Assembly (NCBI RefSeq): GCF_009914755.1 | Contig: NC_060928.1 | DNA length: 64,000 nt | Strand: one strand, 5' to 3' | From: the human T2T-CHM13v2.0 reference genome, Homo sapiens | Shown here: one piece after another, positions 41,501 through 53,844 of the stretch | Position numbering within the stretch: position 1 is the stretch's first letter | How the letters are laid out: each line of letters begins with the position of its first letter | The notes under the pieces: model-generated | The model's input: only the letters and a program-made list of their open reading frames with translations | Databases searched by the model: none | Told to the model about the DNA's origin: nothing | Made by a program: the position numbers and the translations under genes

Positions 41501-43507
41501 TCTGTGGAAGCATGTATCATTTGCGCATGCCAAATTTCTAAAAAGTAGGAGGATTTATTCCTGTTGATTCTTAGATTTACACAAAAAAGTCACAAAGTTC
41601 AAGAAAACTATTCTTTTCCGTGGGTTTAATACATATAATTAAATCTTTCACACTCATTCTTTCTTCTGACAAGAGCTAGATACATTTGTTACAGTTTATA
41701 ATGATAAAGGTGAATGATGAAAACAGATATTGAAGAAATTGACACAGACCAAAAAAAAAAAAAAAACAAAAAAACTCCAAATGCATTTGCAGCTTCTTAA
41801 CCTGCAGAATATTTAACTTCCATTAGACAAAAGCACTGTTCTCTAAGAACCTACAATTGGAAGAGGGCAGATAAGAGACAAAACCTCTTATCCTCTTATT
41901 GCTACCTACGTCATCAGTGTGTTCTAGGAGTCGCACAGGCCACTGGGATGGGGCTTCTGAAGCAGGAGAGGTCCCTTCTGGTTAGGTCAGGGAAAAGTCT
42001 ATGACAGGAGTGGTTCCTCATATGCCATGCTTTATAATGATAATGGTTCCTACAGTTTCTGCATTCTACCTGCTGCATCAGCCTTCCTTGGAATAGCTCC
42101 AGCAATTGGTGCCTCTAATAAATGTCCTGTCTTATTGTTCAGGGGCTACCACTACTATCATGTGAACACCAATTAAAAAACATTTGTTTGGGATTCCCAG
42201 GCAAGATGGCCAAATAGGAACAGCTCTGGTCTGCAGTTCCCAGCAAGACCAATGCAGAAGGTGGGTAACTTCTGCATTTCCAACTGAGGTACCCGGCTCA
42301 TCTCATTGGGATTGTTTAGACAGTGGGTGCAGCCCACAGAGGGCAAGCAGAAGCAGGGTAGGGTGTTGCCTCACCCGGGAAGTGCAAGGGGTTGGGGAAC
42401 TCTCTCCCCTAGCCAAGGGAAGCTGCGAGTGAGGAACAGTGCAATCCAGCCCAGATACAATGCTTTTCCCACTGTCTTCGCAACCTGCAAACCAGGAGAT
42501 TCCCTTGAGTGCCTATACCACCAGGGCCTCAGGTTTTAAGCACAAAACTGGGCAGCCGTTTGGGCAGACACCGAGCTAGCTGCAGGCGTTTTTCTTTGTT
42601 GTTGTTGTTGTTGTTGTTTTCCGAACCCCAGTGGTGCCTGGAACACCAGCAAGACAGAACCGTTCATTTCCCGGGAAAGGGGGCTGCAGTCAGGGAGCCA
42701 AGTGGTCTTGCTCAATGGAGCCCACCCCCATGGAGACCAGCAAGCTAAAAATCCACTGGCTTGAAATTCTCGCTTCCAGCACAGCAGCCTGAAGTGGACC
42801 TGGGAAGCTCCAGCTTGGTGAGGGGAGGAGCATCCAGCATTACTGAGCCTTGAGTAGGCAGTTTTCCCCCCACAGTGTAAACAAAGCCACTGGGAAGTTT
42901 GAACTGGGAAGAGCCCACCTCAGCAAAGCCACTGTAGCCAGACTACCTCTCTAGATTCCTCCTCTCTGGTCAGGGACTTACAGATAAAACTCCCATCTCC
43001 TTGGGACAGAGCACTTGGGGGTAGGGGTGGCTGTGGGCTCAGCTTCAGCAGACTTAAATATTCCTGCCTGATGGCTCTGAAGAGAGCAACAGATCTCCCA
43101 ACACAGTGCTCGAGCTCTGCTAAGGGACAGATTGCCTCCTCAAGTGGGTCCCTGATCCCCGTGCCTCCTGACTGGGAGACACATCCCTGCAGGGGTCGGC
43201 AGACATCTCATACAGAAGAGCTCCAGCTGGCATCTGGCAGCTGCCCCTCTAGGACAAAACTTCCAGAGGAAGGAGCAGGCAGCAATCTTTGCTGTTCTAC
43301 AGCCTCTGCTGGTGATACACAGGCAAACAGGGTCTGGAGTGTACCTCCAGCAAACTCCAGCAGACCTGCAGCAGAAGGGCCTGACTGTCAGAAGGAAAAC
43401 TAGCAAATAGAAAGCAATAGCATCAGCATTAACAAAATGACAACCACGCAAAAACCCCATCCAAAGGTCACCAACGTTAAAGACCAAAGGTAGATAAATC
43501 CACAAAG

Positions 43508-44529
43508 ATTAGGAAATGCCAGTGTAAAAATGCTGAAAATTTCAAAACCAGAATGCCTCTTCTCCTCCAAAGGATCACAACTCCTCACCAGCAAGGGAAC
43601 AAAACTGGACAGAGAATGAGTTTGATGAATTGACAGAAGTAGGCTTCAGCAGGTGGGTAATAACAAGCCCCCCTGAGTTAAAGGAGCATGTTCAAATCCA
43701 ATGCAAGGAAGCTAAGAACCTTGATAAAAGGTTACAGGAACTGCTAACTAGAGTAACCAGTTTAGAGAAGAACATAAATGACCTGATGGAGCTGAAACAC
43801 AGCATGAGAACTTTGTGAGGCATAAACAAGTATCAATAGCTGAATCGATCAAGCAGAAGAAAGGATATTACAGATTGAAGATCAACTTAATGAAATAAAG
43901 CATGAAGACAAGATTAGAGAAAAAAGAATGAAAAGGAATGAACAAAGTCTCCAAGAAATATAGGACTATGTGAAAAGAACAAACCTACGATTGATTGGTG
44001 TACCTGAAAGTGATAGGGAGAATGGAACCAAGCTGGAAAATACACTTCACGATACTATCCAGAAGAACTTCCCCAACCTAGCAAGACAGGCCAACATTCA
44101 AATTCAGGAAATTCAGAGAACACCACAAAGATACTCCTCGAGAAGAGCAATCCCAAGACACATAATCGTCAGATTCACCAAGGTTGAAATGAGGGAAAAA
44201 ATGTTAAGGGCATCCAGAGAGAAAGGTTGGGTTACCCACAAAGGGAAGCCCATCAGACTAACAGTGGATGTCTCTGCAGAAACCTTACAAGCCAGAAGAG
44301 AGTGGGGGCCAACATTCAACATTCTTAAAGGAAAAAATTTCAACCCAGAATTTCATATCCAGCCAAACTAAGCTTCAGAAGTGAAAGAGAAATAAAATCC
44401 TTTACAGACAAGCAAATGCTGAGGCATTTTGTCACCACCAAATGTCAAAGAACTCCTGAAGGAAGCACTAAGTATGCAAAGGAAAGGAAAAACCAGTACT
44501 AGCCACTGTAAAAACATACCAAAATGTAA
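43508..44529 (+). pseudogene. L1 ORF1p, disrupted
   Basis: Fragments KNLDKRLQELL..SLEKNINDLMELK and NLRLIGVPESDRENGTKLEN..QIQEIQRTPQRYSSRR..HIIVRFTKVEM. The start codon appears as ATT; stops and frameshifts are present. Confidence 0.9.
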
Positions 44530-44592
44530 AGACTATTGATACTAAGAAGAAACTGCATCAACTAATGGGCAAAATAACCAGCTAGCATCATA

Positions 44593-47028
44593 ATGACAGG
44601 ATCAAATTCACACATAACAATACTAAACTTAAATGTAAATGGGCTAAAAGCCCCAATTAGAAGACACAGACTGGTGAATTGGATAAAGAGTCAAGACCCA
44701 TCAGTGTGCTGTGTTCAGGAGACCCATCTCACATGCAAAGACAAACATAGGCTCAAAATAAAAGGATGGAGGAAGATTTACCAAGCAAATGGAAAGTACA
44801 AAAAAAAAAGCAGGAGTTGCAGTCCTAGTCTCTGCTAAAAGAGATTTTAAACCAACAAAGATCAAAAGAGTCAAAGAAAGGCATTACATAATGGTCAAGG
44901 GATCAATGCAACAAGAAGAGCTAACTGTCCTAAATATGTAAGAACCCAATACAGGAGCACCCAAATTCATAAAGCAAGTTCTTAGAGACATACAAAGAGA
45001 CTTAGACTCCAACACAATGATAGTGGGAGACTTTAACACCCCACTGTCAATATTAGACAGATCAACGAGACAGAAAATTAACAAGGATATTCAGGACTGG
45101 AAATCAGCTCTGAACCAAGTGGAACTAACAGACATCTACAGAACTTTCCACCCCAAATAAACAGAATATACATTCTTCTCAGCACCACATAGCACTTATT
45201 CTAAAATTGACCACGTAATTGGAAGTAAAATACTCCTCAGCAAATGCAAAACAATGGAAATCATAACAAACAGTCTCTCAGACCACAGTGCAATCTAATT
45301 AGAACTCAGGATTAAGAAATTCACTGAAAACCACACAACTACATGGAAACAGAACAACCTGCTCCTTAATTACTACTGGGTAAATAACAAAATTAAGGAA
45401 GAAATAAATAAGTTCTTTGAAACCAATGAGAACAAAGACACATGTACCAGAATCTCTGGGTCACAGCTAAAGGAGTGTTTAGAGGGAAATTTATAGCACT
45501 AAATATCCACAGGAGAAAGTGGGAAAGATCTAAAATCAACACCCTAACATCACAATTAAAAGAACTAGAGAAGCAAGAGCAAACAAATTCAAAAGCTAGC
45601 AGAAGACAATAAATAACTAAGATCAGAGCAGAACTGAAGGAGATAGAGACATGAAAACCTTTCAAAAAATTAATGAATCTAGGAGCTGGTTTTTTTTTAA
45701 ACATTAACAAATTACATAGACCACTGGCCAGGCTAATAAAGAAGAAAAGAGAGAAGAATCAAATAGACACAAGAGAAATGATAAAGGGGATATCTCCACT
45801 GATACCACAGAAATACAAATTACCATCAGAGAATACTATAAACACCTCCTCACAAATAAACTAGAAAATCTGGAAGAAATGGATACATTCCTGGACACAT
45901 ATACTCTCCCAAGACTAAACCAGGAAGAAGTCGAATCCCTGAATACACCAATACCAAGTTCTGAAATTGAGGCAGTGATTAATAGCCTACCAGCCAAAAA
46001 TGCCCAGGACCAGTTGGATTCACAGCCAGATTCTACCAGAAGTGCAAAGAGGAGCTGGTACCATTCCTTCTAAAACTATTCCAAACAATAGAAAAAGAGG
46101 GACTCCTCCCTAAGTCATTTTATGAGGCCGGCATCATCCTGTTACCAATACCTGGCAGAGACACAACAAAAAAAGAAAATTTCAGGCCAATGTCCCTGAT
46201 GAACATCAGTGCGAAAATCCTCATTAAAATACTGGCAAACCGAATCCAGCAGCACATTAAAAAGCTTATCCACCATGATCAAGTCGGCTTCATCTCTGGG
46301 ATGCAAGGCTGGTTCAACACACGCAAATCAATAAACGTAATCCATCACATAAAAAGAACCAATGACAAAACCCGCATGATTATATCAATAGATGCAGAAA
46401 AGGCCTTCAATAAAATTCAACACCTCTTCATGCTAAAAACACTCAATAAACTAGTTATTGATGGAATGTATCCACTTTGGGAGGCTGAGGCGGGTGGATC
46501 ATGAAGTCAGGAGTTCAAGACCAGCCTGGCCAACATAGTGAAAACCCATCTCTACTAAAAATACAAAAAATTAGCTGGGCGTGGTGGCAGGTGCCTGTAA
46601 CCCCAGCTACTCAGGAGGCCGAGGAAGGAGAATCACTTGAACCCAGGAGGCGGAGGTTGCAGTGAACCAAGATTGCTCCATTGCACTCCAGCCCAGGTGA
46701 CAGTGTGAGACTCCATCTCAAAAAAATAAATAAATAAAAAATAAATAAATCATTCTACTACAAAGACACATGCACACGTATGTTTATTGCAGCACTATTC
46801 ACAATAGCAAAGGCTTGGAACCCACCCAAATGCCCATCCATGATGGATAATCACTGGATAAAGAAAATGTGGGACATACACTCCATGGAGTACTATGCAG
46901 CCATAAAAAACAAAGAGTTCATGTCTTTTGCAGGGACATGGGTGAAGCTGGAAACCATCATTCTCAGCAAGGTAACACAGGAACAGAAAACCAAACACTG
47001 CATGTTATCATTCATAAGCGGGAGCTGA
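44593..47028 (+). pseudogene. L1 ORF2p (endonuclease/RT), disrupted and interrupted by an Alu
   Basis: MTGSNSHITILNLNVNGL..QETHL (endonuclease); [25 protein letters not shown] (RT N-half); MFIAALFTIAK..MEYYAAIK (C-terminus). Confidence 0.92.
46473..46745 (+). mobile_element. 5'-truncated AluS (Sg-like) inside L1 ORF2, no TSD
   Basis: Starts at cactttgggagg; ggatcatgaagtcaggagttc; (TAAA)n tail merges into resumed L1 sequence. Confidence 0.93.
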
Positions 47029-47843
47029 ACAATGAGAGAGGGGAATATCATACACCAGGGCCTGTCGGGTGGTGGGGGCCTGGGAGAGGGATAGCATTAG
47101 GAGAAATACCTAATGTATATGATGGTTTTATGGGTGCGGCAAACCACCATGGCACATGTATACCTATGTAACAAACCTGCATGTTCGGCACATGCATCCC
47201 AAAACTTAAAGTATATTAAAAAAACAGAAAACCTTTGTTGATTTTTATGTTCAGTTCAGGATCTAGCATACTAACATGCAGCCAATATTTTTATTTTATT
47301 TGTTTGTTTAAATCTTTAACAATATGTGCTTTGCTTAATTATCTTTGTTACCACAAGATTTATATCTGTCCTACCTGTGCTTCAACATAATTAAGGCAGT
47401 GGCTGAAAGTAACAAGCAGTGCTTAACAATTGCTAATTTGTATATTGCATTTAAAAATACAACCTTTCACCAAGATTTTATGGATAAAAAAATTCACATG
47501 TGACCATACTAATTTCTTAAAGTCAACAAAGACAAATAATTAAAAAACACTATGACAGGCTTTCCCAAAATTCAAAGGAGACTTTAAAGACAGTCTGTTT
47601 CCCAGCTGTTTTCATGACGTGATATGCTAAGTGGCTCTAATCACAGATATAATTAATAGGCATTTGTTATTTTAATCATGAAATTAAAATAATATTTTGT
47701 TTATCATTTACCTATTAACATTTAGCTCTCTTTGATGGCATGGATCATCATGCAGAAATGTTTTAGGTATAGAGTAAATGTAAACATGGGTCTGAAGAGT
47801 CAAGATCCAAATTATCCACTTTTGGTTTAGTTGGCCACATAGT

Positions 47844-48288
47844 TGTATCAGTTTTTTATTGCTGCTGTGACCTACTACCACAAACATAACGGCTTAAAAC
47901 AAACCACATTTATTATCTCATAGTTCTGAGTTCACAGTCCAAAATGGGTCAGTGAGCTTACTTTTGGGGGCCCTGAAAGAGAACCTGTTCCTTGCCTTTT
48001 CCAGCTTCTAGAATCTGCCCGTATCCTTTGGCTGGTGGGCCTCCATCTCTTCTGTCTCTGCTTCCATCTTCATATCTTCTTTTCTGACTCTTAACCCCCT
48101 GCTTGCCTCTTATAAAGACTTGTGATTACACCATTCCTGTCCAGAAAATCCAAGATAATATCCCCATCTGAAGATCCGTAATCTAATTAGACCTGCAAAA
48201 TTCCTTCTGCCATATTGGGTAACATGTTCTCAGGTTCCATAGATGAGAATGTGGACATTTTTGAAAGGCCATTATTCAGCCTACCCCA
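47844..48288 (-). mobile_element. MaLR solo LTR (MLT1C/D-like)
   Basis: tgtatcagttttttattgctgctgtga...ggcttaaaac...tttattatctcatagttctg ... ccttgccttttccagcttctaga ... ggccattattcagcctacc. Confidence 0.8.
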
Positions 48289-49151
48289 GTTGATGCCTTT
48301 TAGGTTCATGGGTTTATTCAGGAAAGGGAATTCTCCCAGGTGAAGTTCGCTCAGATGTCTCTTTTGTTAACACTTGCCCTGTGAGCTCTTCTTAGATGAG
48401 AGACATCAGTAAAAGGGATAAAAATGGAACCAATACTGCCTATCTGGAAAATTCATAACCATCTGGGCATTTATTTTTAATTTGAATAGAAGGATAAATT
48501 CCACTCCTGTTAGATCTTTATTTAGTCATATTTGCTGTCACATTATAAATTTCTTGTGTAACAAATAGCCAAATTACCTGAAGGCAATTTTTTTAAAGCC
48601 TGGGCTGAAAGAAATGAGTCAGAAACTCTTTATTTTGCTGTTTCTTTCCTGAGGTTGTCATAAGTTGTTATGAATATAAATTAATATACAGTTTCTATAA
48701 TCAATTTGATAAGGAATACATAGAATAAAAGTATTAGCAATATCTCTTGTAAACCTAAAGTTCTTCTTTTGCTTAAAATATGTTTTTTTGCCAATGTCAG
48801 TAGATCTCTTCATGACTTATATTTGATTTAGTGAAATTTATGTACATGCAAGTTAAGCTGTTTATTGATCATTTGAGTTTCTGTTTCCTTTCTGTGTGTC
48901 TTTGTTTTTACATGACAACTTTCATTAGTATTGGGAATCATTAAGTCTTTTTAATAGACTGTTGTAAAAAGGCCTCTTCTTACAAGAAGTTTTTTTCTGT
49001 ATTTTATCTCCATGCTGTACGATTAAAATAAATAAATTTAAAGAAATAAATATTTCACCTGTCTTTTAACTTCAAGAATACAAATAGGAAATATCCTTCT
49101 GTTTGCTCTGGTGAGAACTATAGGAATATTATATTAATATTTCAAATTATG

Positions 49152-49742
49152 CAGTAGGTCCTCGAATAATACTGTTCAGTGCCATTTATTATGATGTTGA
49201 TGAGAAAAGAAAAAACAATCACTTCTAGGCTGGGCCCCTTGTGTGGAGTCCACATGTTGTCTCCACATCCGCGTAGGTTTTCTCCCAATTCCTTCCACCT
49301 CCCAAAGATGTGCTTGTTAGGCTCACTGCCATGTGTACATGGTCGCTGGGAGTGTGGGTGAGGGTGGGTGAAGGTGAGTGTGAGTTGCCCTGTGATGGGG
49401 GGGTGCCCCTACAGGAAAGATCCCACCTGGGGTCCTAAGCTGGTGTGAAGGGCTGTGGCCACCCTCAACCCTGAACTGGAATAAGCAGGTAAATACTTAT
49501 CTTGTTTTGACTAATCCTTCTTAAATATATATAGAGAGAGCACACATTTATTTCATTGTTTAATATTAGAAGTACCTTGGTCTCTAGTTAGAAGTTTGGT
49601 GATGTCTTTGTGACCAAAAATATGCCCTAAGAACTTCATTTATATCAATTAGCCTATAAGAACATCGGTTTCATTAAACATTGTTTGGCTTAAAGTTGCA
49701 GTTTCCAAGGATCTATTGATGATGTTAAGTGAGGAGTTACTG
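49152..49742 (+). mobile_element. MER6/MER6A TcMar-Tigger element
   Basis: Imperfect terminal inverted repeats cagtaggtcctc / gaggagttactg followed by TA; internal gtgtggagt...gcgtaggttttctcc...cccaaagatgtgc. Confidence 0.75.
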
Positions 49743-49764
49743 TATAATTTTCTTACTTTTTATT

Positions 49765-49900
49765 GATTTATTTTTATTTTTGGTAGAGACAGGGTCTCCC
49801 TATGTTACCCAGGCTATTCTCAAACTCCTGGTCTCAGGCAATCATCTCACCTTGGCCTCCCAAATTGCTTGGATTACAGGCGTGAGCCACTGCACCTGCC
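49765..49900 (-). mobile_element. Alu left monomer (FLAM-like)
   Basis: A single arm only: gtagagacagggtctccctatgtt...ggattacaggcgtgagccactgcacctgcc. Confidence 0.85.
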
Positions 49901-49909
49901 TTATGATAT

Positions 49910-50195
49910 TGATAAGGTTTGGCTGTGTCTCCACCCAAATCTCATCTTGAATTGTAGTTCCCATAATCCCCAAGTATCATGGGAGGAACCAGGTGGAGAT
50001 AATTGAATTATGGGGTTGCTTTCCCCCATTCTGTTCTTGTGATAGTGAGTTCCGCCATGTGAAGAAGAATGTGTTTGCTTCCCTTTCTGGCATGATTGTA
50101 AGTTTTCCAAGGCCTCCCCAGCGCTGTGGAACTGTGAGTCAATTAAACCTCTTTCCTTTATAAATTACCCAGTCTTGGCTATGTCCTTATATACA
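49910..50195 (+). mobile_element. THE1 (THE1C/D-like) solo LTR, internally deleted
   Basis: tgataaggtttggctgtgtc...ccaaatctcatcttgaattg ... ctgtgagtcaattaaacctctttcc ... ataca; perfect 5-bp TSD GATAT at 49905-49909 and 50196-50200. Confidence 0.9.
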
Positions 50196-51364
50196 GATAT
50201 AAAATAAAATACTTTTCAAAAAAGCCACATTTTTCTAAGCTAAGGTTAAATTAACATTGCATACGTTGAAAGTGCATATTTCATTTAATGACTATTATCA
50301 TTAAATGTTCAACATTTCCCTCAAATCTTGAAACTGTAAAAGACACATTTGGGAGTGGTCATGTGACCTGATTATCTTGTGCTAGAAATATAGAAATAGC
50401 ATTTTCAAATAAAAAGGATGCATTTTCTCAAATACCTTGTATTTGCCTTAATCAAAATGTGAAATGTGCTCCTTGATCCTTTTAAATTGTTTCTATGACA
50501 TTTGCCACAGTAGTCATTAAATTAGATAGTAATAGGCGAATGTGTATTGGGATCCTTTCCATTTTGCAGAAATAAAGAAAGTCTGTTGGCTACTTTTCTG
50601 CTTTATGAGCCTCTGCAGGAACAAATGTGCTCATAAAATGTACATTAAGAGTTCTTCAATTATATTCCTATTTCCTTCAGCACCCTTGCCTCTTAATAAG
50701 CTTTTTCAGGAGTTTCTGGTCTATATTCATTTAATTTCTTCAACATTCCTCATAAGCTTTCATCATGATTTAAATGAAATCCTTTTACAAGGTGCTATAG
50801 AATTATAACTCAGTGCATTCACTAAGTATAATTCTGTTCAGGAGCTTACTTCTCCACACTGGAAGAAAAATTGCTTTGCGTTTCACATCTGACTTTTCTT
50901 TTCACTTTTTAAGAAAACAATGAATTGAAGATGCATGCACACACAGAGACACACATGCAAATATAGATTTTAATCATGACATTTTCATACATTCTCAAGA
51001 TTACCTAGTCTAACCTTCTCATTTTATATATTACAATCAAGTAAGCTGTTCATGTACCTTTAGCTACATGAGGGCAGGTATAGCACTAGAAGTCTGATCT
51101 CTTTACTCTCAGTTAAGTGCATTTTCTGGTATACTGTGCTGTCTTTTTGACAAAGTATACAGTGTACAATATAAAAGTTATAGGCTGAAAGCACATGAGG
51201 AACATTGGCTGGAGGCCGCATTACCTTTTTCTCATAAAGAACTTGACACTTCATCAAGTTCCCACTTGAATTGTCATTGTGGCCTGTCACTTGCCTGACA
51301 CATGGGCAGCATATGCTTCCTACAGTATGAAGCCAGGCAGAATGATATTTTTAATCATTTGTAT

Positions 51365-51420
51365 TTGTGTGTATGTATATATATGTTTATATGTGTGTGT
51401 ATATATATATATACACACAT
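51365..51420. repeat. (TG)/(TA)/(CA) compound microsatellite
   Basis: Includes a 26-bp palindrome tgtgtg(ta)7cacaca at 51394-51419. Confidence 0.85.
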
Positions 51421-51894
51421 AATGTATAATTGTATTTATCATTAGTACTCAATGCACAAGTAATGGATTCTATATTAAATACATATGAAATTGATTGACT
51501 ATATTCCCATTTCTTGTCTTTGTTGTTCATTTTTCAATGCTTGCTCACTTCTCTGTCTTAGAGGCATTGTCATTTCAAGATCTGAATTTGTTCCTCGGAC
51601 CTGTCTTCTTCCAGTATTAATGCTTTTTCACTAGTTTTTTTGTTTTCTTCTTTTTAACCTTTTACTTCCTTGAGAGATTTTATTCTTTAATTTTCTTTTT
51701 GTATATTTTTGTTTGAGTTTTACAATAATCTCCCTAGCTTGATTTTAGCATGTATGAACTTTAGGTTGGAGTTCAAATGTTTTAGTTTTTCTAGTAGTGG
51801 TAAAAAAAAAAAGTGCTTTTAAAAATTAAATGTTTACTCAGTCATTAGTAAAAAAAAAATAGGACTAATAAAATAGCACGAGGTTGATGGTGCA

Positions 51895-52130
51895 GCATAA
51901 TATTTGAAATCACACATGAGGGGATATTTAAATCTCAGGTCTGCCACATATTTGCAAGCAGTGTGATTTTGACAAAGTGACTTAACTGCTTGTAATTTTG
52001 ATTTATCCTCTATACAATGGAGACAATATCTAACTTACGAATGTATTATAAGAATTAATGAGACAATCTTTATACATAGCTTAACAAAGATTCTGGAACA
52101 CATGATGTTCTAATTGCAGAATGACTATTG
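51895..52130 (+). mobile_element. MIR remnant
   Basis: gtgtgattttgacaaagtgacttaact...ctctatacaatggagacaata...attataagaattaatgaga. Confidence 0.65.
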
Positions 52131-53459
52131 TTATTCATTAAATTATTCTAAAAAGCAAGACTTTCTGAGGATTCAGATATTGTTCAACATATTTAAAGGA
52201 CCAAGTAAAGGTTTAAAAAAAATTTAATCTGTTTTTTTCTCTTAAAACCTTCAAATTTCTCTATTTTCAGAAGACGTCAACATTTTCTCTAAATAAATAA
52301 ATAACTTTGTTTTCGACTTGTCTTCATCTACTTAATTTTCACGTTTTGCTAGTGCTCAAAGACTCTTCATAGATTGTAAAGAGATGCTAAATTTGTATTA
52401 ATATTTGTGAGATGTGTAAGAGGTACAATCTTTTGTAAGATCTTCAAAAAATTACAACCAATCATTCCTCTAAGACTTTCTATCTCTCATATCCTGATTT
52501 TGAAATTGTCAGAGCACTATCATCTGAATATGTTATTGATATATGTGTGAATCTGTTTTGTATTCATCTTTCCCCAAAATTCAAGTTACATGATGGCAGG
52601 AATGTTATAGGTTTTATTCGCCATTATATCTCCAGTGCCTGGGACTATGCCTGGGCCACTGTAGTTCTATATATATTCAATATACATATATATTGAATAA
52701 ATATATATATATATAAAATAAATAAATGAATTCAAATTGGCCGTTTTGAGCATTAGATAATCCTCTACAGACATCTTACAGACTGGTTTACAGGCATTAA
52801 TCTCTCTGAAATGATTTAGATAAAACAGAGTTTCTCAATTTAAAACAATTCTTAAGATTTTATTTTCAATACATGCTAGTCATTCACTTGTATATCTTCC
52901 AGGAATTAAAATTATGATGGTGGTTAAATATCTGTTTTGTTATAAATATGTTTAAAAGAGTTTCTGCAGACCATTAAATCAATTTTTAAAATTACTGATA
53001 GATATTCTATCAAAACAAGAGTTGAGAAAAAGAAATTGTTTGGTCTTTTATCATAATAAAGTAAACAGCTAAGAACTGTCTCAGATTTCATGTGTACCTA
53101 GTAGTTTAATTAAGGCGCATGGACAACTTCATTTTTAAAATATAGTCAAAAATACTTCAGCTCTATGATTACTAAATAGTATGCTATGTCACTTCTCATT
53201 TTTTAAGGTACAGCATTGTTAGAGAATTTTTACAAAAACAGCCATCAATAATGATGAATTTAGATACATCCCAAATGAGTTAATTAAAATGACAGCAGAA
53301 TTTCACTTAATGATCTTGCTGCAAATATTCATTCTGAACTTGAACATGTTACTTTTTAAAATGCCCAGTGCTCAACACAGCAGAAATTAAACTGAAAAAA
53401 TTAATGCTTTAAACATGTTAAAAGGGGTAACTGCCATCTGCTCTCATTAGGGGTGTTAA

Positions 53460-53844
<385 letters not shown>

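Larger units (their letters stand above)
42190..47227 (+). mobile_element. L1PA7-like LINE-1, 5'UTR to poly-A, inactive, internally deleted
   Basis: 5'UTR gcaagatggccaaataggaacagctc...; ORF1 and ORF2 remnants; 3'UTR ggagaaatacctaatgta...aaaccaccatggcac; degenerate TSD aaaac(a/c)tttgtt at 42177-42188 and 47228-47239. Confidence 0.93.

Noticed and set aside
41751-41774. Orphan poly-A tracts (also about 10836-10851 and 60174-60204) as retro-insertions
   Set aside because: No identifiable element body or target-site duplication.
43071-47171. ORFs resembling endonuclease/reverse transcriptase as a possible novel RT system
   Set aside because: They are ordinary LINE-1 5'UTR/ORF1/ORF2 remnants with stops, frameshifts and no catalytic RT core.
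52671-52715. AT-rich palindrome (also 40929-40975 and 51394-51419)
   Set aside because: Self-complementarity is an expected by-product of (TA)n and (TG)/(CA) microsatellites.
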